A stretch of 64,000 nt of DNA from Candidatus Entotheonellaceae bacterium (lineage in GTDB: Bacteria > Tectomicrobia > Entotheonellia > Entotheonellales > Entotheonellaceae), in assembly GCA_965238075.1 (NCBI GenBank), contig OZ250173.1, positions 1,280,001-1,344,000 of the forward strand. Reading direction: 5' to 3'. Both the position numbers and the translations under genes were made by a program. This document shows, one piece after another, positions 10,439 to 22,837 of the stretch (position 1 is the first letter of the stretch; each line of letters begins with the position of its first letter). The notes under the pieces were generated by a model, which worked only from the letters and a program-made list of their open reading frames with translations, was not told the origin of the DNA and searched no databases.

Positions 10439-11800
10439 GATGACATCACGCACGGCGGTTGAGCATACGCAGTCTGACCTGGCCCACCTCATTCACCCGT
10501 TGTATCACCCATCCGACCACCAGGAGCCGAAGATCTGGGTCGAAGGCAGCGGCGCCGTTATGCGGGACATTCACGGCGATGAGTTCATCGACGGCCTCAG
10601 TGGGCTGTGGAACATCAACGTCGGCCACGGCAGGCGGGAGTTGGCCGAGGCGGCGATGCAGCAGATGCAGACCCTCGCCTACTGCTCCTCGTACACCGGC
10701 GCCAGCAACCTGCCGGCGATCGCGCTGGCGGAGCGCCTCAGCGGTCTGGCCTATCCCTCCATCAACACGTTCTTCTTCACCAGTGGCGGGGCCGAATCGA
10801 CGGAGAGCTCGTTCAAGACGGCGCGTTTTTACTGGAAGGCCCAGGGCAAGCCGGACAAGATCAAGATCATTTCGCGCCATCTGGGTTACCACGGCGTCAC
10901 CATGGCCGCCATGAGCGCCACCGGCATTCCGGATTACTGGCGCATGTTCGAGCCCCTGGTGCCCAATTTCGTGCACATCGATTCCCCGTATCCGTACCGC
11001 TTCCAAGGCGGCGACGGCAGCACAAGTCCGGGCGTGGCGGCGGCCAACCTGCTGGAGGAGGCCATTCTGCGCGAAGGGCCGGACACGGTGGCGGCGTTTA
11101 TCGCCGAGCCGGTTCAGGGCGCCGGGGGCGTCATCGTGCCGCAGGAGGATTACTTTCCGCGCATCCGCGACATCTGCGACGCGTATGACGTGCTGTTGAT
11201 CAGCGACGACGTCATCACCGGCTTCGGACGCACCGGCACCTGGTTCGGCCTGGAGCACTGGGGCATCGAGCCGGACATCATGCAGTTTGCCAAGGGCATC
11301 ACCAGCGGCTACGTGCCGCTCGGCGGCATCGGCGTGTCGGACAAGGTGAAACAGGTCATGGCTGACGTGCCGCCGTCGCAGCGCTGGATGCACGCTTATA
11401 CCTACTCCGGCCATCCCATCCCACCAGTAGCGCGGTGGCGCTGGCCAACATCGACATCATCGAAGGCGAGGGGCTGGTGCAGCGGGCCGCCGAGATGGGC
11501 AATCGCCTGCTGGAAGGGCTGCATACGCTGGACGACCTGGACGGCGTCGGCGACGTGCGCGGCCTCGGCTTGATGACCGCCGTTGAGCTGGTGGCGGACA
11601 AGGCCAGCAAGGCGCCGTTCCCGGCTGACGCCAAAGTGGGTCCGCGCATGCACCAGGAGATGGTGCAACGCGGGCTTTTTACCCGCATGCGGGGCGAGGT
11701 GGTCTGCCTGGCGCCACCCCTGGTGACCACCGTGGAACAGGTGGATCGCATCGTGGAAATCTTGCACGACGCCATTCCGGCGGCGCTGCACGGGGTGTAA
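10439..11800 (+). pseudogene. Class III (omega) aminotransferase, frameshifted near 11415
   Basis: SGGAES, YHG, EPVQGAGG, GFGRTG, AKGITSG; CCATCCCATCCC 5-nt duplication splits the gene; removing it restores GHPTSSAVALANI. Confidence 0.85.
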
Positions 11801-11810
11801 GGATCACGGC

Positions 11811-12544
11811 GACTGTGCACAAAAAGCCGGGAATCTGCACAAGAAGTCAGTCGCGTCCTGCGTGGTGAGGATCAGGTTCTATCCGCGTTGGGTGGGGTTT
11901 GTGCTCAGTTCAGGGTGCGGGTGCGTCGGCGGCCTGTAGTTGTTCCTTAGATGGTGTCGATTCGTGTTTCGTTGCGGGAGACGCGTTCGCTGAGCTTACG
12001 GAATTCGGAGACATCCTTGGCGAGGTCCTCGATGCGTTTGTCTTGGGCGTCAAAGCGTTGGTCTACGGCGTCGAAACGTTGGTTGATGTACTTGTCCTGG
12101 GCGTCGAAGCGCTGGTTGATCTCTGCTTTGAGGTCGTCGATGCGCTTGTCCTGAGCGTCGAAGCGCTGGTTGATCCCTGCTTTGAGGTCGTCGGTGCGCT
12201 TGTCCTGAGCGTCGAAGCGCTGGTTGATGTACTTGTCTTGGGCATCGAAGCGTTGATGAATGGGTCTGACGACGCTGAATTGGATGATCCCGGCGAACCC
12301 GCCGAGGACGGTGATGATTACCGCCACGGGTGCTGCGTTGTCTTTGATCCAGTTCCATGTCTTCTGCATGCCGCCTCCGGGATCGTATAATTTGAAGAAT
12401 TGTAGCACGAGTTCAGGATATTACGGCTTGGTTAGTACTCGGCGCGTCGAGCTTTGGCGGAGGAGTCCGTATCCGACGGATTTTTGTTCAGGAAGTCGAG
12501 TTTCACAAAAGGTCCTGCTGGTCAGTGACTTTTTGTGCAAAGCC
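11811..12544. mobile_element. Putative non-autonomous element with 18-bp imperfect terminal inverted repeats
   Basis: GACTGTGCACAAAAAGCC (11811-11828) vs reverse complement of 12527-12544, GGCTTTGCACAAAAAGTC (15/18). Confidence 0.5.
11947..12369 (-). CDS. Membrane-anchored coiled-coil repeat protein (INQRFDAQDK repeats)
   Basis: GGAGG RBS before ATG 12369; one hydrophobic helix; tandem 7/11/18-residue repeats. Confidence 0.75.
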   Translation of the reverse strand: MQKTWNWIKDNAAPVAVIITVLGGFAGIIQFSVVRPIHQRFDAQDKYINQRFDAQDKRTDDLKAGINQRFDAQDKRIDDLKAEINQRFDAQDKYINQRFDAVDQRFDAQDKRIEDLAKDVSEFRKLSERVSRNETRIDTI

Positions 12545-12643
12545 AGTTGCGGCCCCGGACGTCTCTGACCCGTAGTAAAGAAGCACGTGGGCCTTCACGA
12601 CACGGCAGCGAAATGAGGCGGTATTCAAAGGAGGAATTGGGTT

Positions 12644-14761
12644 ATGGCCGAAACGACTGTTTTCAGCGCGTGTCCGCATGATTGTCCGGACACCTGTGCG
12701 ATGTTGACCACCGTTCGTGACGGCAAGGCGATTGCCGTACGGGGCAACCCGGATCACCCGTTCACCCGGGGCGGACTCTGTGTCAAGGTCAACGATTACG
12801 AGAATCGGGTCTATAGCGACAACCGGGTGCTGACCCCGTTGCGCCGCACCGGCGCCAAGGGCGCCGGGGAGTTCCAGCCGATCACCTGGGACGCGGCGCT
12901 GCAGGAAATTTCGAGCCGCTGGAGCGAGATTATCGATCGCGACGGCCCCGCCGCCATCATGCCGTACAGCTACCTCGGTACGGAAGGAATTCTGAACGGG
13001 CTGAACGTGGGTGACGCCTTTTTCAACAAGCTCGGCGCAACGGTGGCCGAGCGCACCTTCTGCGATTCCGCCGCCATCACCGCATTCTTCATGACCTGCG
13101 GCCCTACCGCTGCGGTGGATCCGGAGAGTTTTGTCCACTCGAGGTACATCATTCTTTGGGCGATCAACACGATCAGCAACAACCTGCATCACTGGCCGTT
13201 CATCGCGGAGGCGCAGCGCCGCGGCGCCAAGGTCGTGGTCATCGACCCCGTCGCCACGCGGACCGCCAAGCAGGCCGATTGGCACCTGCCCATCAAGCCC
13301 GGTACTGACGCCGCGCTGGCGCTCGGCATGATGAACGTCATCATCGCCGAGGATCTGGTCGACCATGATTACGTCGAGAAATACACCGTCGGCTATGAGG
13401 ACCTGAAAGCCCGCGCGGCCGGTTTCACCCCGGAAAAGGTTGCTGCCATCACCGGCATTTCCGACGACGACATTCGAACCCTGGCGCGCGAATTCGCCAC
13501 CACGCAGCCGTCGGTCATTCGGATGGGCGTGGCGATTGAGCGCAACGCGTCGGGCGGCAACGCCGTCCGCGCCATGTCGTGCCTGCCCGGACTGGTGGGC
13601 TCATGGCGCCATTGCGGCGGCGGCATCCTGCATATGCCGATCTGGGCCTTCCCCATGAAATGGGATGATCTGAGCCGGCCCGATTGGATTCCCGAAGGCA
13701 CGCCGGTTATCAACCAGTGGCGGCTGGGCCCGGCGCTTCTGGGCGAGCTCGACCAGAAGATCAATTCGCTGTTCGTCTACAACTCCAATCCTGCAGTGGT
13801 CGCGCCAGAACAGGACAAAATCCTGCGGGGTCTGGCCCGCGAAGACCTGTTCACGGTGGTCAGCGAACATTTCGTCACCGATACCGCGCGCTATGCGGAT
13901 ATCGTCCTGCCGGCGACGACGCAACTCGAACAGTTCGACCTCATGTTCTCGTGGGGCCATCTGTACCTGACGCTGAACGAACCGGCCATCGAACCGCTCG
14001 GCGAAGCGGTGCCGAACACCGAGCTGTTCCGGCGGCTTGCAGGCGCCATGGGCTTCGACGACCCCTTCTGGCAACGCACGGATGAGGAAATGGCTCAGGA
14101 TGCGCTGGATTGGAGCAGTCCGGTGCTCGAAGGCATCGACCTCGGCAGCCTGCGCCAAACCGGTTACGCGCGCCTCAAGGTCGGCTCGCCCGACGACTTC
14201 GTGCCGCACCGCGAGGGTAATTTCCCGACCCCTTCCGGCAAGCTCGAATTCAAGTCCTCCATGGCCGAAGTAGGCAACATGGTGTTACCCCTGTTCCGCC
14301 AGGGCTATGTGGCCTATCAGTCGGGCGAACCGCTTGATCCATTGCCCAACTTCATCCCGCAAAACGAATCTCCCGATACCAATCCGTCGCTGGCGGCCCG
14401 TTACCCCCTCAACATGATTTCGCCCAAGAGCCATGCCTTCCTGAACTCGTCATTCGGCAATCTGCGAACGCAGTTGCATCACGCCGGCGAGCAGCTGGTG
14501 ATGATCAATCCGGCGGACGCCGGCGAGCGGGGAATTTCCGACGGCGGCGAGGTTCGCGTCTTTAACGACCGCGGCAATTTCCACGCGGTGGTGCGGGTCA
14601 CCGAAGATGCCCGCCCGGGTGTCATCGTGGCGCCCATGGGCTATTGGGCAAAGGGCAGCCGCAACGGATACACGGTGAACGCAATCAACCCGCCGGCATT
14701 CGCGGATTACGGTAGCGCGCCGACATTTTCCGATACCTTGGTCGAAGTGGCGGGTGCCTGA
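12644..14761 (+). CDS. Molybdopterin (bis-MGD) oxidoreductase, cytoplasmic
   Basis: CPHDCPDTC...GLC 4Fe-4S motif, DTARYADIVLPA, C-terminal MGD-binding domain; GAGGA RBS. Confidence 0.93.
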   Translation: MAETTVFSACPHDCPDTCAMLTTVRDGKAIAVRGNPDHPFTRGGLCVKVNDYENRVYSDNRVLTPLRRTGAKGAGEFQPITWDAALQEISSRWSEIIDRDGPAAIMPYSYLGTEGILNGLNVGDAFFNKLGATVAERTFCDSAAITAFFMTCGPTAAVDPESFVHSRYIILWAINTISNNLHHWPFIAEAQRRGAKVVVIDPVATRTAKQADWHLPIKPGTDAALALGMMNVIIAEDLVDHDYVEKYTVGYEDLKARAAGFTPEKVAAITGISDDDIRTLAREFATTQPSVIRMGVAIERNASGGNAVRAMSCLPGLVGSWRHCGGGILHMPIWAFPMKWDDLSRPDWIPEGTPVINQWRLGPALLGELDQKINSLFVYNSNPAVVAPEQDKILRGLAREDLFTVVSEHFVTDTARYADIVLPATTQLEQFDLMFSWGHLYLTLNEPAIEPLGEAVPNTELFRRLAGAMGFDDPFWQRTDEEMAQDALDWSSPVLEGIDLGSLRQTGYARLKVGSPDDFVPHREGNFPTPSGKLEFKSSMAEVGNMVLPLFRQGYVAYQSGEPLDPLPNFIPQNESPDTNPSLAARYPLNMISPKSHAFLNSSFGNLRTQLHHAGEQLVMINPADAGERGISDGGEVRVFNDRGNFHAVVRVTEDARPGVIVAPMGYWAKGSRNGYTVNAINPPAFADYGSAPTFSDTLVEVAGA

Positions 14762-14791
14762 GCGCCGCGGTGCCGGTTGTGATGGGTAGTC

Positions 14792-15487
14792 TCAGCGCAC
14801 CCGAACATCGGTAATGACGAAGGTGAAACGGTAGGGGGTGATGTCGTCGCCGGTTTGCAGACCCAGCACGAGGTGGAATTCCTGGCCTTTGTAGGCTTCG
14901 GCCAGGGCTGGGGCGTTTCCGGTGTTAGGAAGGAAGGATGGGGCAGGGGAGCCGAGCACCACTTCGCCGCCCTTGTAAAGCGTCACGGTGAGCGGGTTCA
15001 GAACCAGTTGCCGGTCCACGGGTGACAGGCCGCCTTGGTCAATCTCGGTCGGCAGTGGCCGAGTCGTTGGCACGCCTCCCGGTTGCACGGTTCCCCGCCA
15101 GGTGGCGCCCGGCGCAATCGCGCCCTCGCGCATGGACGCGTCCGGCGCCCGGATGATGCCCTGATCCGTATTGACCGCCTGATGCCGGTGCCCGTGCGGA
15201 TTGACGAAGTACGATTCGCGCCATGCTACCGCCACGGGTTCCAGGCTCTTGTTGATTACCGCCAACTGAACAACCCCCGGCGCCTCCGTCGGCACCACCT
15301 GCACCCGCACCTGATCGTCCTCGATGACCCCCGCCGCACGCTCGCCGGAAGCCTTCAGCGCGTAGTCATAGTGGTATTGATGCGCCGCGCTGCAACTGCT
15401 CAGCAATGCGGCGAGCATCACGCACCACACCCAAGAACGATGTCCGTTTGTGCGCCGTGAGGGTTCCAAGGCCGTTTCCCCTATCAA
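14792..15487 (-). CDS. Hypothetical lipoprotein
   Basis: Lipobox-like LLSSC; open frame; start uncertain. Confidence 0.6.
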   Translation of the reverse strand: MIGETALEPSRRTNGHRSWVWCVMLAALLSSCSAAHQYHYDYALKASGERAAGVIEDDQVRVQVVPTEAPGVVQLAVINKSLEPVAVAWRESYFVNPHGHRHQAVNTDQGIIRAPDASMREGAIAPGATWRGTVQPGGVPTTRPLPTEIDQGGLSPVDRQLVLNPLTVTLYKGGEVVLGSPAPSFLPNTGNAPALAEAYKGQEFHLVLGLQTGDDITPYRFTFVITDVRVR

Positions 15488-15632
15488 TGCCCTGTCGTTT
15501 GGAGGGGTCTGCGAGAACGGCTTGGAATCCTAGCACAAAACCCGGTTGGACTGGAGTTGCAACTCCCTGCAACCTCTCCTTCCCGCGCTACAGCGGTTCA
15601 AGATTGATTAGTGCCATACAAGGCCACCGTAT

Positions 15633-15732
15633 CGTCATTCCGGCGCATGCCGGAAGCCAGCGACCCCGTCCGGTCGGGGGCAGGCTCATTGTTACCGGAA
15701 AACCACTGGACGCCGGCTTCCGCCGGAGTGAC
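15633..15732. repeat. CGTC-type REP-like palindrome pair
   Basis: CGTCATTCCGGCGCATGCCGGAAGCCAG ... CTGGACGCCGGCTTCCGCCGGAGTGAC; related element at 19757-19854. Confidence 0.7.
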
Positions 15733-15780
15733 TGGGGCAGTTTGAACACAGATTCTTTTCAACCTTGAATTGCTCCAGCG

Positions 15781-18016
15781 CTATGGGTTGGCGGTGGGCG
15801 CTGGCTCGATGCGGACCGCGCACGCTTTGTACGACGGCTGCCGCGAATAGGGATCGAAGGCCGCGAAGGTAAGCTGGTTGGTCGCTGCGTCGTGCATGGG
15901 CATGAACACCTGCCCCGGCTGCACCACGTGGCTGACGAACGCCCTGGCGCGCACCTGGCCGCGCTGCGAGCGCACGATGACCCAGGCGTTGGCGCGCAGG
16001 CCCAAGTCGGCGGCGTCTTTGGGGCTCAGCTCGACGTACGGCGCGTTGGGGTGCAGCTTGCGTAGCACGCGGCTCTTGCTCGTGCGCGTCTGGGTATGCC
16101 ACTGGCTCGACGAGCCTCGTCCGGTGAGCAGCGTGAAGGGGTAGGCGCGGCTGGTCGGTTCGGGCAGCGGGCGCGGCGCCTCGAAGACGAAACGCGCGCG
16201 GCCGTCGTCGGTGTAAAACCGGCCGTCCTCGAACAGCCGCCGCTCGCTGCCCGCGTCAACGCTTTCGCCCGCCGGCAGCGGCCACTGGATGCCGCCCTTG
16301 GCGTCCAGCATGCGGTAGCCGTCGGATGCCGCCGATGTCGCACGGCATATCCGCCGAGCACGCCCTGAGCAGCCGGAAGACCGCCTCCGGCGACTCCCAG
16401 GCGCGAAACATGTCGCCGCAACCCCACGCCTCGGCGATCAGCTTGAAAATGCGGAAGTCGCTCAGGGCCTGCCCCGGCGCCTTGGCCACCTGCTTGATGA
16501 CCCCGAGGCGGCGCTCGGAGTTGATGAACACGCCTTCCTTTTCGCCCCAGCCGGCGGCGGGCAGCACGAGGTCGGCGAAGGCCGCGGTCTCGGTGCTGTG
16601 GTACATGTCCTGCACCACCAGAAAATCCAGCCGCTGCAGGATGTCCTGGGCGTCCGCCTGGTTGATCCACGAGTGTGCGGTGTTGGTGGCAATGACCCAC
16701 AGCCCACGGATGCGGCCCTTCAGGATGCCCCCCATGATCTGATCGTAGGCCCAAGTCGGCTCGCTGGGGATGCGCGCCGCGTCGATGCCCAGAATGCCGG
16801 CGACTTTGTCGCGATGCTGCGGGTTAGCGAAGTCGTGGCCGCCCAACAGGTTGGTGGTGTTGCTGAACAGCCGCGAGCCCATGGCGTTGCACTGGCCGGT
16901 AATGGAATTGGCGCCGGTGCCGGGCCTGCCGATGTTGGCGGTCATCAGCGCCAGGTTGATGATCGCCTGCGCAGTGCGCACGCCCTCGTGGCTTTGGTTC
17001 ACGCCCATGGTCCACCAGAACGACACCCGCTTGCCGTCGTGAATTGTGCGCGCCAGGGCTTCGATGTCGTCGACGGCCAAGCCGCAGCGCTCGGCGGCGG
17101 CCTCGGGCGTGTATGCCTTAAGGTGCTCGCAGAACGCCTCGAAGTCGTTGGTGTGGGCGTCGATGAAGGGCCGGTCGATCCACCCCTGGCGCACCAGCAC
17201 GTGGGCGACCGCGTACAGCAGCACCAGGTCGGACTTGGGCCGCAGCGGCAGGTGACGGGTGGCCGCCTGCGCCGTTTCGGTGCGCCGCGGGTCGATGACG
17301 ACGATTTCCGGCTGATGCGGGTTCTTGCACACGCGCTCCCACAGGACCGGGTGGGCGATGCACGGGTTGGCGCCGATGAAGACGATGACGTCCGATTCTT
17401 CGAGGTCTTTGTACGTGTAGGGCGGCGCATCGAAGCCGAAGGCCTGTTTGTAGGCAACCACCGAGGTGGCCATGCACTGGCGGGTGTTGCCGTCGCCGTG
17501 CAGCAAGCCCATGCCGAACTTGCCGAGGGCGCCGAGCAGGGCCATCTCCTCCATGGGAATCTGGCCGGTGCTGAGGAAGGCGATGGATTCCCTACCGTAC
17601 TGCGCCTGGATGCCCTTCATGCGGCTCACGAAGGTATCGAGCGCCGTTGGCCAATCGACCGCCCGCAGCCGCCCACCGACGTCGCGCAGCATGGGCGAAG
17701 TGGCGCGGTCCGGGGCGCTCAGCGGCGTCAGCGCCTCCCAGCCCTTGGGGCAGGCCATGCCCAGGTTGACGGCGTATTGCGTGGTCGGCGACAGGTTGAC
17801 CACCCGCCCCTGTCTGAGGTGAACGTCCAAGCCGCAACCGATGGAGCAGTAGCCGCACACCAGCGTCGTGGTGGCGTCGGGTTGCAAGCGCCGCGGCACC
17901 TGCCCCAAGCCGAAGCCGCCGGGGGCGCGCAGCAGATCGCGGGTCAGCACGCCCTGCTTATCCCGCACCAGCCGCCTGACGCGCTCAATCACCGTCGTCG
18001 CGCTCCGCTCACGCAT
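15781..18016 (-). pseudogene. nasA: Assimilatory nitrate reductase catalytic subunit, frameshifted near 16325
   Basis: CGYCSIGC...[42 protein letters not shown] overlap with upstream gene. Confidence 0.85.
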
Positions 18017-19713
18017 TATTGCAGTCCTCCCGGCATACGCGGCGCGCTCAGCGCCGAGAAAAAGGTCATGCGTTCGATCACCTCCGCGGCCAGCAGGGCG
18101 ATGAGGCTGACCAGCGATCCGGCCAGCGCCGACCCCAGGCTGGCCGGCGCCAGGCCCGTCAGCAGCGTCAACGGCAGCAACACGCCGCCCAGGCCGCCGA
18201 GAAAAAAGCGCCACAGCGTCAGGGGGCGCAACTCTCCCCACAGCAGCAGGGCGGTGCGCTTCAAATCCCCCTGTTGATGGTCCCGCAGGTGGAACAGGAT
18301 CGACGCTTCACCGGCCAGTTTGATCAGCGTCAGCGCCGCCAGGCACCGGGCGCCGACGCGCCCGAAGTCGATCAGCTCGGCGCTCAACGGTCCGCCGCCC
18401 AGGGCCGCGACGCCGAAGGTGCCGGACAGAATGGCAGTCAAGCCCAGCCCAACGGACGTCAGCGCGAACTTGAAGCCGGTGCGGCCGCTGCTCCACCATT
18501 TGCGCTGGGTGACGTGGTACAGCATCACCGAGCAGAACACCGCCGCCATGCCGACGGCCGCGGTGGCGTAGCCCAGCGCTTCCAGGCCCGCCGCACCTGG
18601 CGCGGAATACAGCGCCACGGCGTACAGCGTCGCCAGCAGCGCGAAGGCGGCGAAGGCGATGATCTCCCGGCTCAGCCACGAGGTGCGCAGGCCAATGAAG
18701 GCGCGCCAGGCGTATTGCGGGCGCCCGAGATGCACGATGCTGGCCACCATGGCGAGCAGGCCGAGCCCCAGCGCCAGCACCCCGTGGAAGGGCCGCAGGA
18801 CTGCCAGACTTGCCTCGCCGAGCCACAAGGGCAGCAGTTGATTGAAGCAGAAGGCGCCCACCGACAGTTGCGTCAGCACCAGCATGATGACCAGCGGCAG
18901 GTGCTGGTGTCCCGGCCGGACCGCGTAGAAATCCGCCGGTAGCATGTTGCGCGGGAACACATCGGTCGTCTTGTAGCACGTCGTCGGCACGGCAATCCCC
19001 GGCGACGGCACCCCCGGGAGAAAGGCGTCGCCCTGCGCGTCTTCGATGGCCGCGGCCTTGTCGATGACGCGAATCGCAATGGCCTCGGTAGGGCACGCCT
19101 GCGCACAGGCCGGCGCCTCGCCGTCCGCCAGCCGTCCGGCGCACATGTCGCACTTGCGCACGATGCCGAGCTTGGCGCTGTATTGCGGCACCTCGTAGGG
19201 GCAGGTGAACACGCAGTACTGGCAGCCGATGCACTGGTCGTCGAGGTGATGCACGATGCCGGTCAGCGGGTCCTTTTCATAGGCGCCCACCGGGCAGCCG
19301 TGCATGCAGGCCGGCTCCAGGCAGTGGTGGCAGGTGGTGGTCACCGTTTTCTGCATCGGCGCCGCCGGGCTGCCGCCGTGCAGCAAGCCTACCGAGCGCC
19401 ACGTCTCGCCCGCCTCCAGGCCGTTCAGGCTGTGGCACGCGGTGACGCACGCCTTGCAGCCGGAACAGCGGTCGAGGTCCACCTCGAAGCTGTACTGCTG
19501 CCCGGCGGTCGGCGGCGACACCGGCATCAGGCTGCGGTAATACGGCTCCTGCAGGGGCGCGGCGTCGCGCTCGTGCAACTGCGCAAAGCGCTCGACCGCG
19601 GACAGGTCCTGCTGCGCGGCGAGATAGGCGTCCAGCAGCGGCAGGGGTCGAGCCAGCGGCTCGGGCTGGGGCCGCGGGGGCGGGGCGCAGACGGCTTCGG
19701 TTTGCAGGCTCAT
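18016..19713 (-). CDS. 4Fe-4S ferredoxin domain fused to DmsC/YnfH-type membrane anchor
   Basis: Four Cys clusters ([27 protein letters not shown]); HLGRP and SWLSREI; multiple TM helices. Confidence 0.9.
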   Translation of the reverse strand: MSLQTEAVCAPPPRPQPEPLARPLPLLDAYLAAQQDLSAVERFAQLHERDAAPLQEPYYRSLMPVSPPTAGQQYSFEVDLDRCSGCKACVTACHSLNGLEAGETWRSVGLLHGGSPAAPMQKTVTTTCHHCLEPACMHGCPVGAYEKDPLTGIVHHLDDQCIGCQYCVFTCPYEVPQYSAKLGIVRKCDMCAGRLADGEAPACAQACPTEAIAIRVIDKAAAIEDAQGDAFLPGVPSPGIAVPTTCYKTTDVFPRNMLPADFYAVRPGHQHLPLVIMLVLTQLSVGAFCFNQLLPLWLGEASLAVLRPFHGVLALGLGLLAMVASIVHLGRPQYAWRAFIGLRTSWLSREIIAFAAFALLATLYAVALYSAPGAAGLEALGYATAAVGMAAVFCSVMLYHVTQRKWWSSGRTGFKFALTSVGLGLTAILSGTFGVAALGGGPLSAELIDFGRVGARCLAALTLIKLAGEASILFHLRDHQQGDLKRTALLLWGELRPLTLWRFFLGGLGGVLLPLTLLTGLAPASLGSALAGSLVSLIALLAAEVIERMTFFSALSAPRMPGGLQ

Positions 19714-19756
19714 GGCGCTTACCCCTTTACAGTCGTTTCAGATAATAACGGCTCAA

Positions 19757-19854
19757 GTCACTCCGGCGAAAGAACGTTACCCCGGACTTGATCCGGGGCC
19801 GGAGTCCAGAGGTTTTCGGTGGCCGCTGGATTCCGGGTCAAGCCCGGAATGACG
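19757..19854. repeat. CGTC-type REP-like palindromic repeat
   Basis: GTCACTCCGGCGAAAG...CTGGATTCCGGGTCAAGCCCGGAATGACG. Confidence 0.65.
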
Positions 19855-19873
19855 ACTTGGGATATTGGATGGT

Positions 19874-22837
19874 TTATTCAGAATCGAAAACGTTATTGCT
19901 CAACACCGGCAACAACTGCATGCCGTCATCAGCGTTGCACGCGGTTGCCATTTCGCAGCCGATGTCGGTAGCCAGAGAGCGCTCCAGCATCTCGGTCGGC
20001 GGCAGGTGCAGATACACCTCGCCGTTCTCGACCTTCACCGGAAACACCTGCACGCCGTAATCCTCGCCGCTCAGCGAGGCGCCGGATTCGAGCGAAAAGT
20101 TTTCTTGTGCGGGCACATCTGCTGGCTGGCGTACCACTCGCCGCGGCTGCTGAAGTTGAATACGGCGATCTGCACGCCGCCGTATTTGATGGTGGCACCG
20201 CCGTCGAGCGGAAAATCGTCCGCCGTGCCGACTTCCATCCAGGCGCGTTCGGCGGCCTCGGTCGCGTCCCCTGCCAAGCGATTGAGCACCTCGAACTGCT
20301 GCAGCGACACTGCTTCCGTCGGCCAGTCGGCCGGCCGCCGTTGGCCGCGCTCGGAGACGATCTCGATGGTTGGCTCGGTGGCGTCGGTGTTCACGAATTG
20401 CCGGAACAGCCGCCGCTTTTCGGGATCCTTGACCACGTCGGCCCACTCGCAGCGGTACGAATCGACCAGGAACTGCATCATGGCCTCGAGCTCGTCGCAG
20501 ATGCCGAGCTTGTCGTCGATGATCACCTCGCGCAGGTGTCCCACGCCGCCCGCCGTCTTGTCGAGCCGCACCGCGGTGCGGGTCAGCTTGTCGGCGGTCA
20601 TGATGTAATACATGAGGAAGCGGTCGATATAGCGGATGGCGGTTTCCTCGTCGACGTCGGCGGCCAGCAGGTCGGCGTGCCGTGGCTTGGCGCCGCCGTT
20701 GCCGCCGACGTACAGGTTGTAACCGCGCTCGGTGGCCACCAGGCCGAAATCCTTGCCCTGCGCCTCGGCGCACTCGCGCACGCAGCCGGACACGGCGCTC
20801 TTGATTTTGTGCGGCGCCCGGATGCCTTTGTAGCGATTCTCCACACGCACCGCGAAGGCGACCGAATCCTGCACGCCGTAGCGGCACCAGGTGGTGCCGA
20901 CGCAGCTCTTGACGGTGCGCAGCGCCTTGCCGTAAGCGTGGCCGCTTTCGAAGCCCGCGTCCACAAGCTTCTCCCAGATGTCCGGCAGGTTTTGCAACCG
21001 GGCGCCGAACAAATCGATACGCTGGCCGCCGGTGATCTTGGTGTAGAGGCCGTACTGGCGTGCCGTCTCGCCGAGGGCGATGAGCTTGTCGGGGGTAATC
21101 TCGCCGCCCGGCACGCGCGGGATCACCGAGTAAAGGCCGCCGCGCTGCATGTTGGCGAGGAAGCGGTCGTTGGTGTCCTGCAGGGTGTGGTGCGCGGCGT
21201 CGCTGATCGTCTCGTTCCACAGCGCCGCCAGGATGGAAGTGACGGCCGGCTTGCACACCTCGCAGCCGGTGCCGCTGCCGTATTGGCGGATGATCTCGTC
21301 GAACGTCTTCAGCTTCTTGGCCTTGATGATGGCGAACAGCTCGGTGCGCGAATACGGGAAGTGTTCGCACATATGATGGCTGATAGCGACGCCGGCCGCG
21401 GCCATGGCGCCGTTAAATAGGTCGGTGACCAGGGGCATGCAGCCGCCGCAGCCGGTGCCGGCCCGGGTGGCGGCTTTGAGATTCGCCAAGGAGGCGATGT
21501 CCCGCTCGCGCATGGCGTCGCAGATGGCGCCCTTGGTGACGTTGTTACAGGAGCAGATCTGCGCCGAATCGGCCATCGCGTCGACGCCGACCAGCGCCCC
21601 GGCGCCGCCCGAGCTGCCCAGGATCAACGCGTTGGGGCGGCACGGCAGCGGCTCGCCGCTCTTGGCCAGCACGGACAGGGTGCCGTAGTCGCCGGCGTCG
21701 CCGACCAGCACGCCGCCGAGCAGCCGGGTGCCGTCGGGGCTGAACAGCAGCTTCTTGTAGACGCCGTCGAAGGGGTCTTCCCAGGTCAGCGGATGGGCGG
21801 TTTCGGCACCGGCTTCGTAGTCGCCGAAGCTGGCGACGTCCACGCCCATGAGCTTCAGCTTGGTGGACAGGTTGGCGCCTTGGAAGCGGGCGTCGCCGCC
21901 GGTGAGGTTGGTGGCGACGATTTCGGCCATCTCGTAGCCCGGCGCCACCAGGCCGTAGATCATGCCGCCGTGCAGGGCCACTTCGCCGATGGCGTAGATG
22001 GACGGGTCGGAGGTTTGCAGCAGGTCGTTGACCGCCACGCCGCCGCGCTCGCCGACCTCAATGCCGCAGGCGCGCGCCAGATCGTCGCGCGGGCGGATGC
22101 CGGCAGACACGATAATCATGTCCACGTCCAGCACGTCGCCGTCCTGAAAGCGCATGCCGGCCACGCGGCCGTTGCCGAGCACCTCTTGGGTGGCTTTGTT
22201 GAGGTGCACGCGGACGCCGAGGTCTTCAATCTTGCGCACCAGGACGCGCGAGCCGGCGTCGTCGATCTGCCGAGGCATCAGGCACGGGGCGAATTCCACC
22301 ACGTGCGTTTGCAGGCTGAGGTCGTACGCCGCCTTGGCCGCCTCGAGGCCGAGCAGGCCGCCGCCGATGACGGCGGCGCGCTTCACCCCGTTGCCGTAGT
22401 CGATAATTCTCTCCAGGTCCTCGATGGTACGGTAGACGAACACGCCGCGCTTCGATACCAGGCACCGGCGGCACGAACGGGAAGGACCCCGTGGCCAGCA
22501 CCACCGTGTCGTAGCTCACCTCGACGCCCTTGTCGGAGCGCACCACCTTGGCTTGGCGGTCGATGTCGCTGGCGCGGTCGCCGACGTGCAGTTCCACGCC
22601 GTTGGCTTCGTACCAGGCCATTTTGGCCATCATGAGCTTCTGCGCGTCGCGGTGCGCGAAAAACGAGGTGAGCCCGACCCGGTCATAGGCCGCGCGGGGC
22701 TCTTCGCAGAAGGTGATCAGCCGGAATTGCCGCTTGGTGTCGCGCTCGACGAGTTGCTCGCAGAAGCGCTGCCCGACCATGCCGTTGCCGATGACAACAA
22801 CGTTTCGGCGTCCATCGTGTGTGTCCATCGTTTTCAT
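19874..22837 (-). pseudogene. nirB: NAD(P)H nitrite reductase NirB fused to NirD Rieske domain; frameshifts near 22455 and 20097 plus internal deletion
   Basis: VVIGNGMVG, GGGLLGLEAA, CSCNNV, KSCVGTTWC, SGCVRECAE; Rieske remnant MCPHKK then SLESG in another frame. Confidence 0.88.

Noticed and set aside
12030-12260. Tandem DNA repeats as a possible CRISPR array
   Set aside because: Units are multiples of 3 nt, in frame, with no unique spacers and no cas genes: a coding repeat
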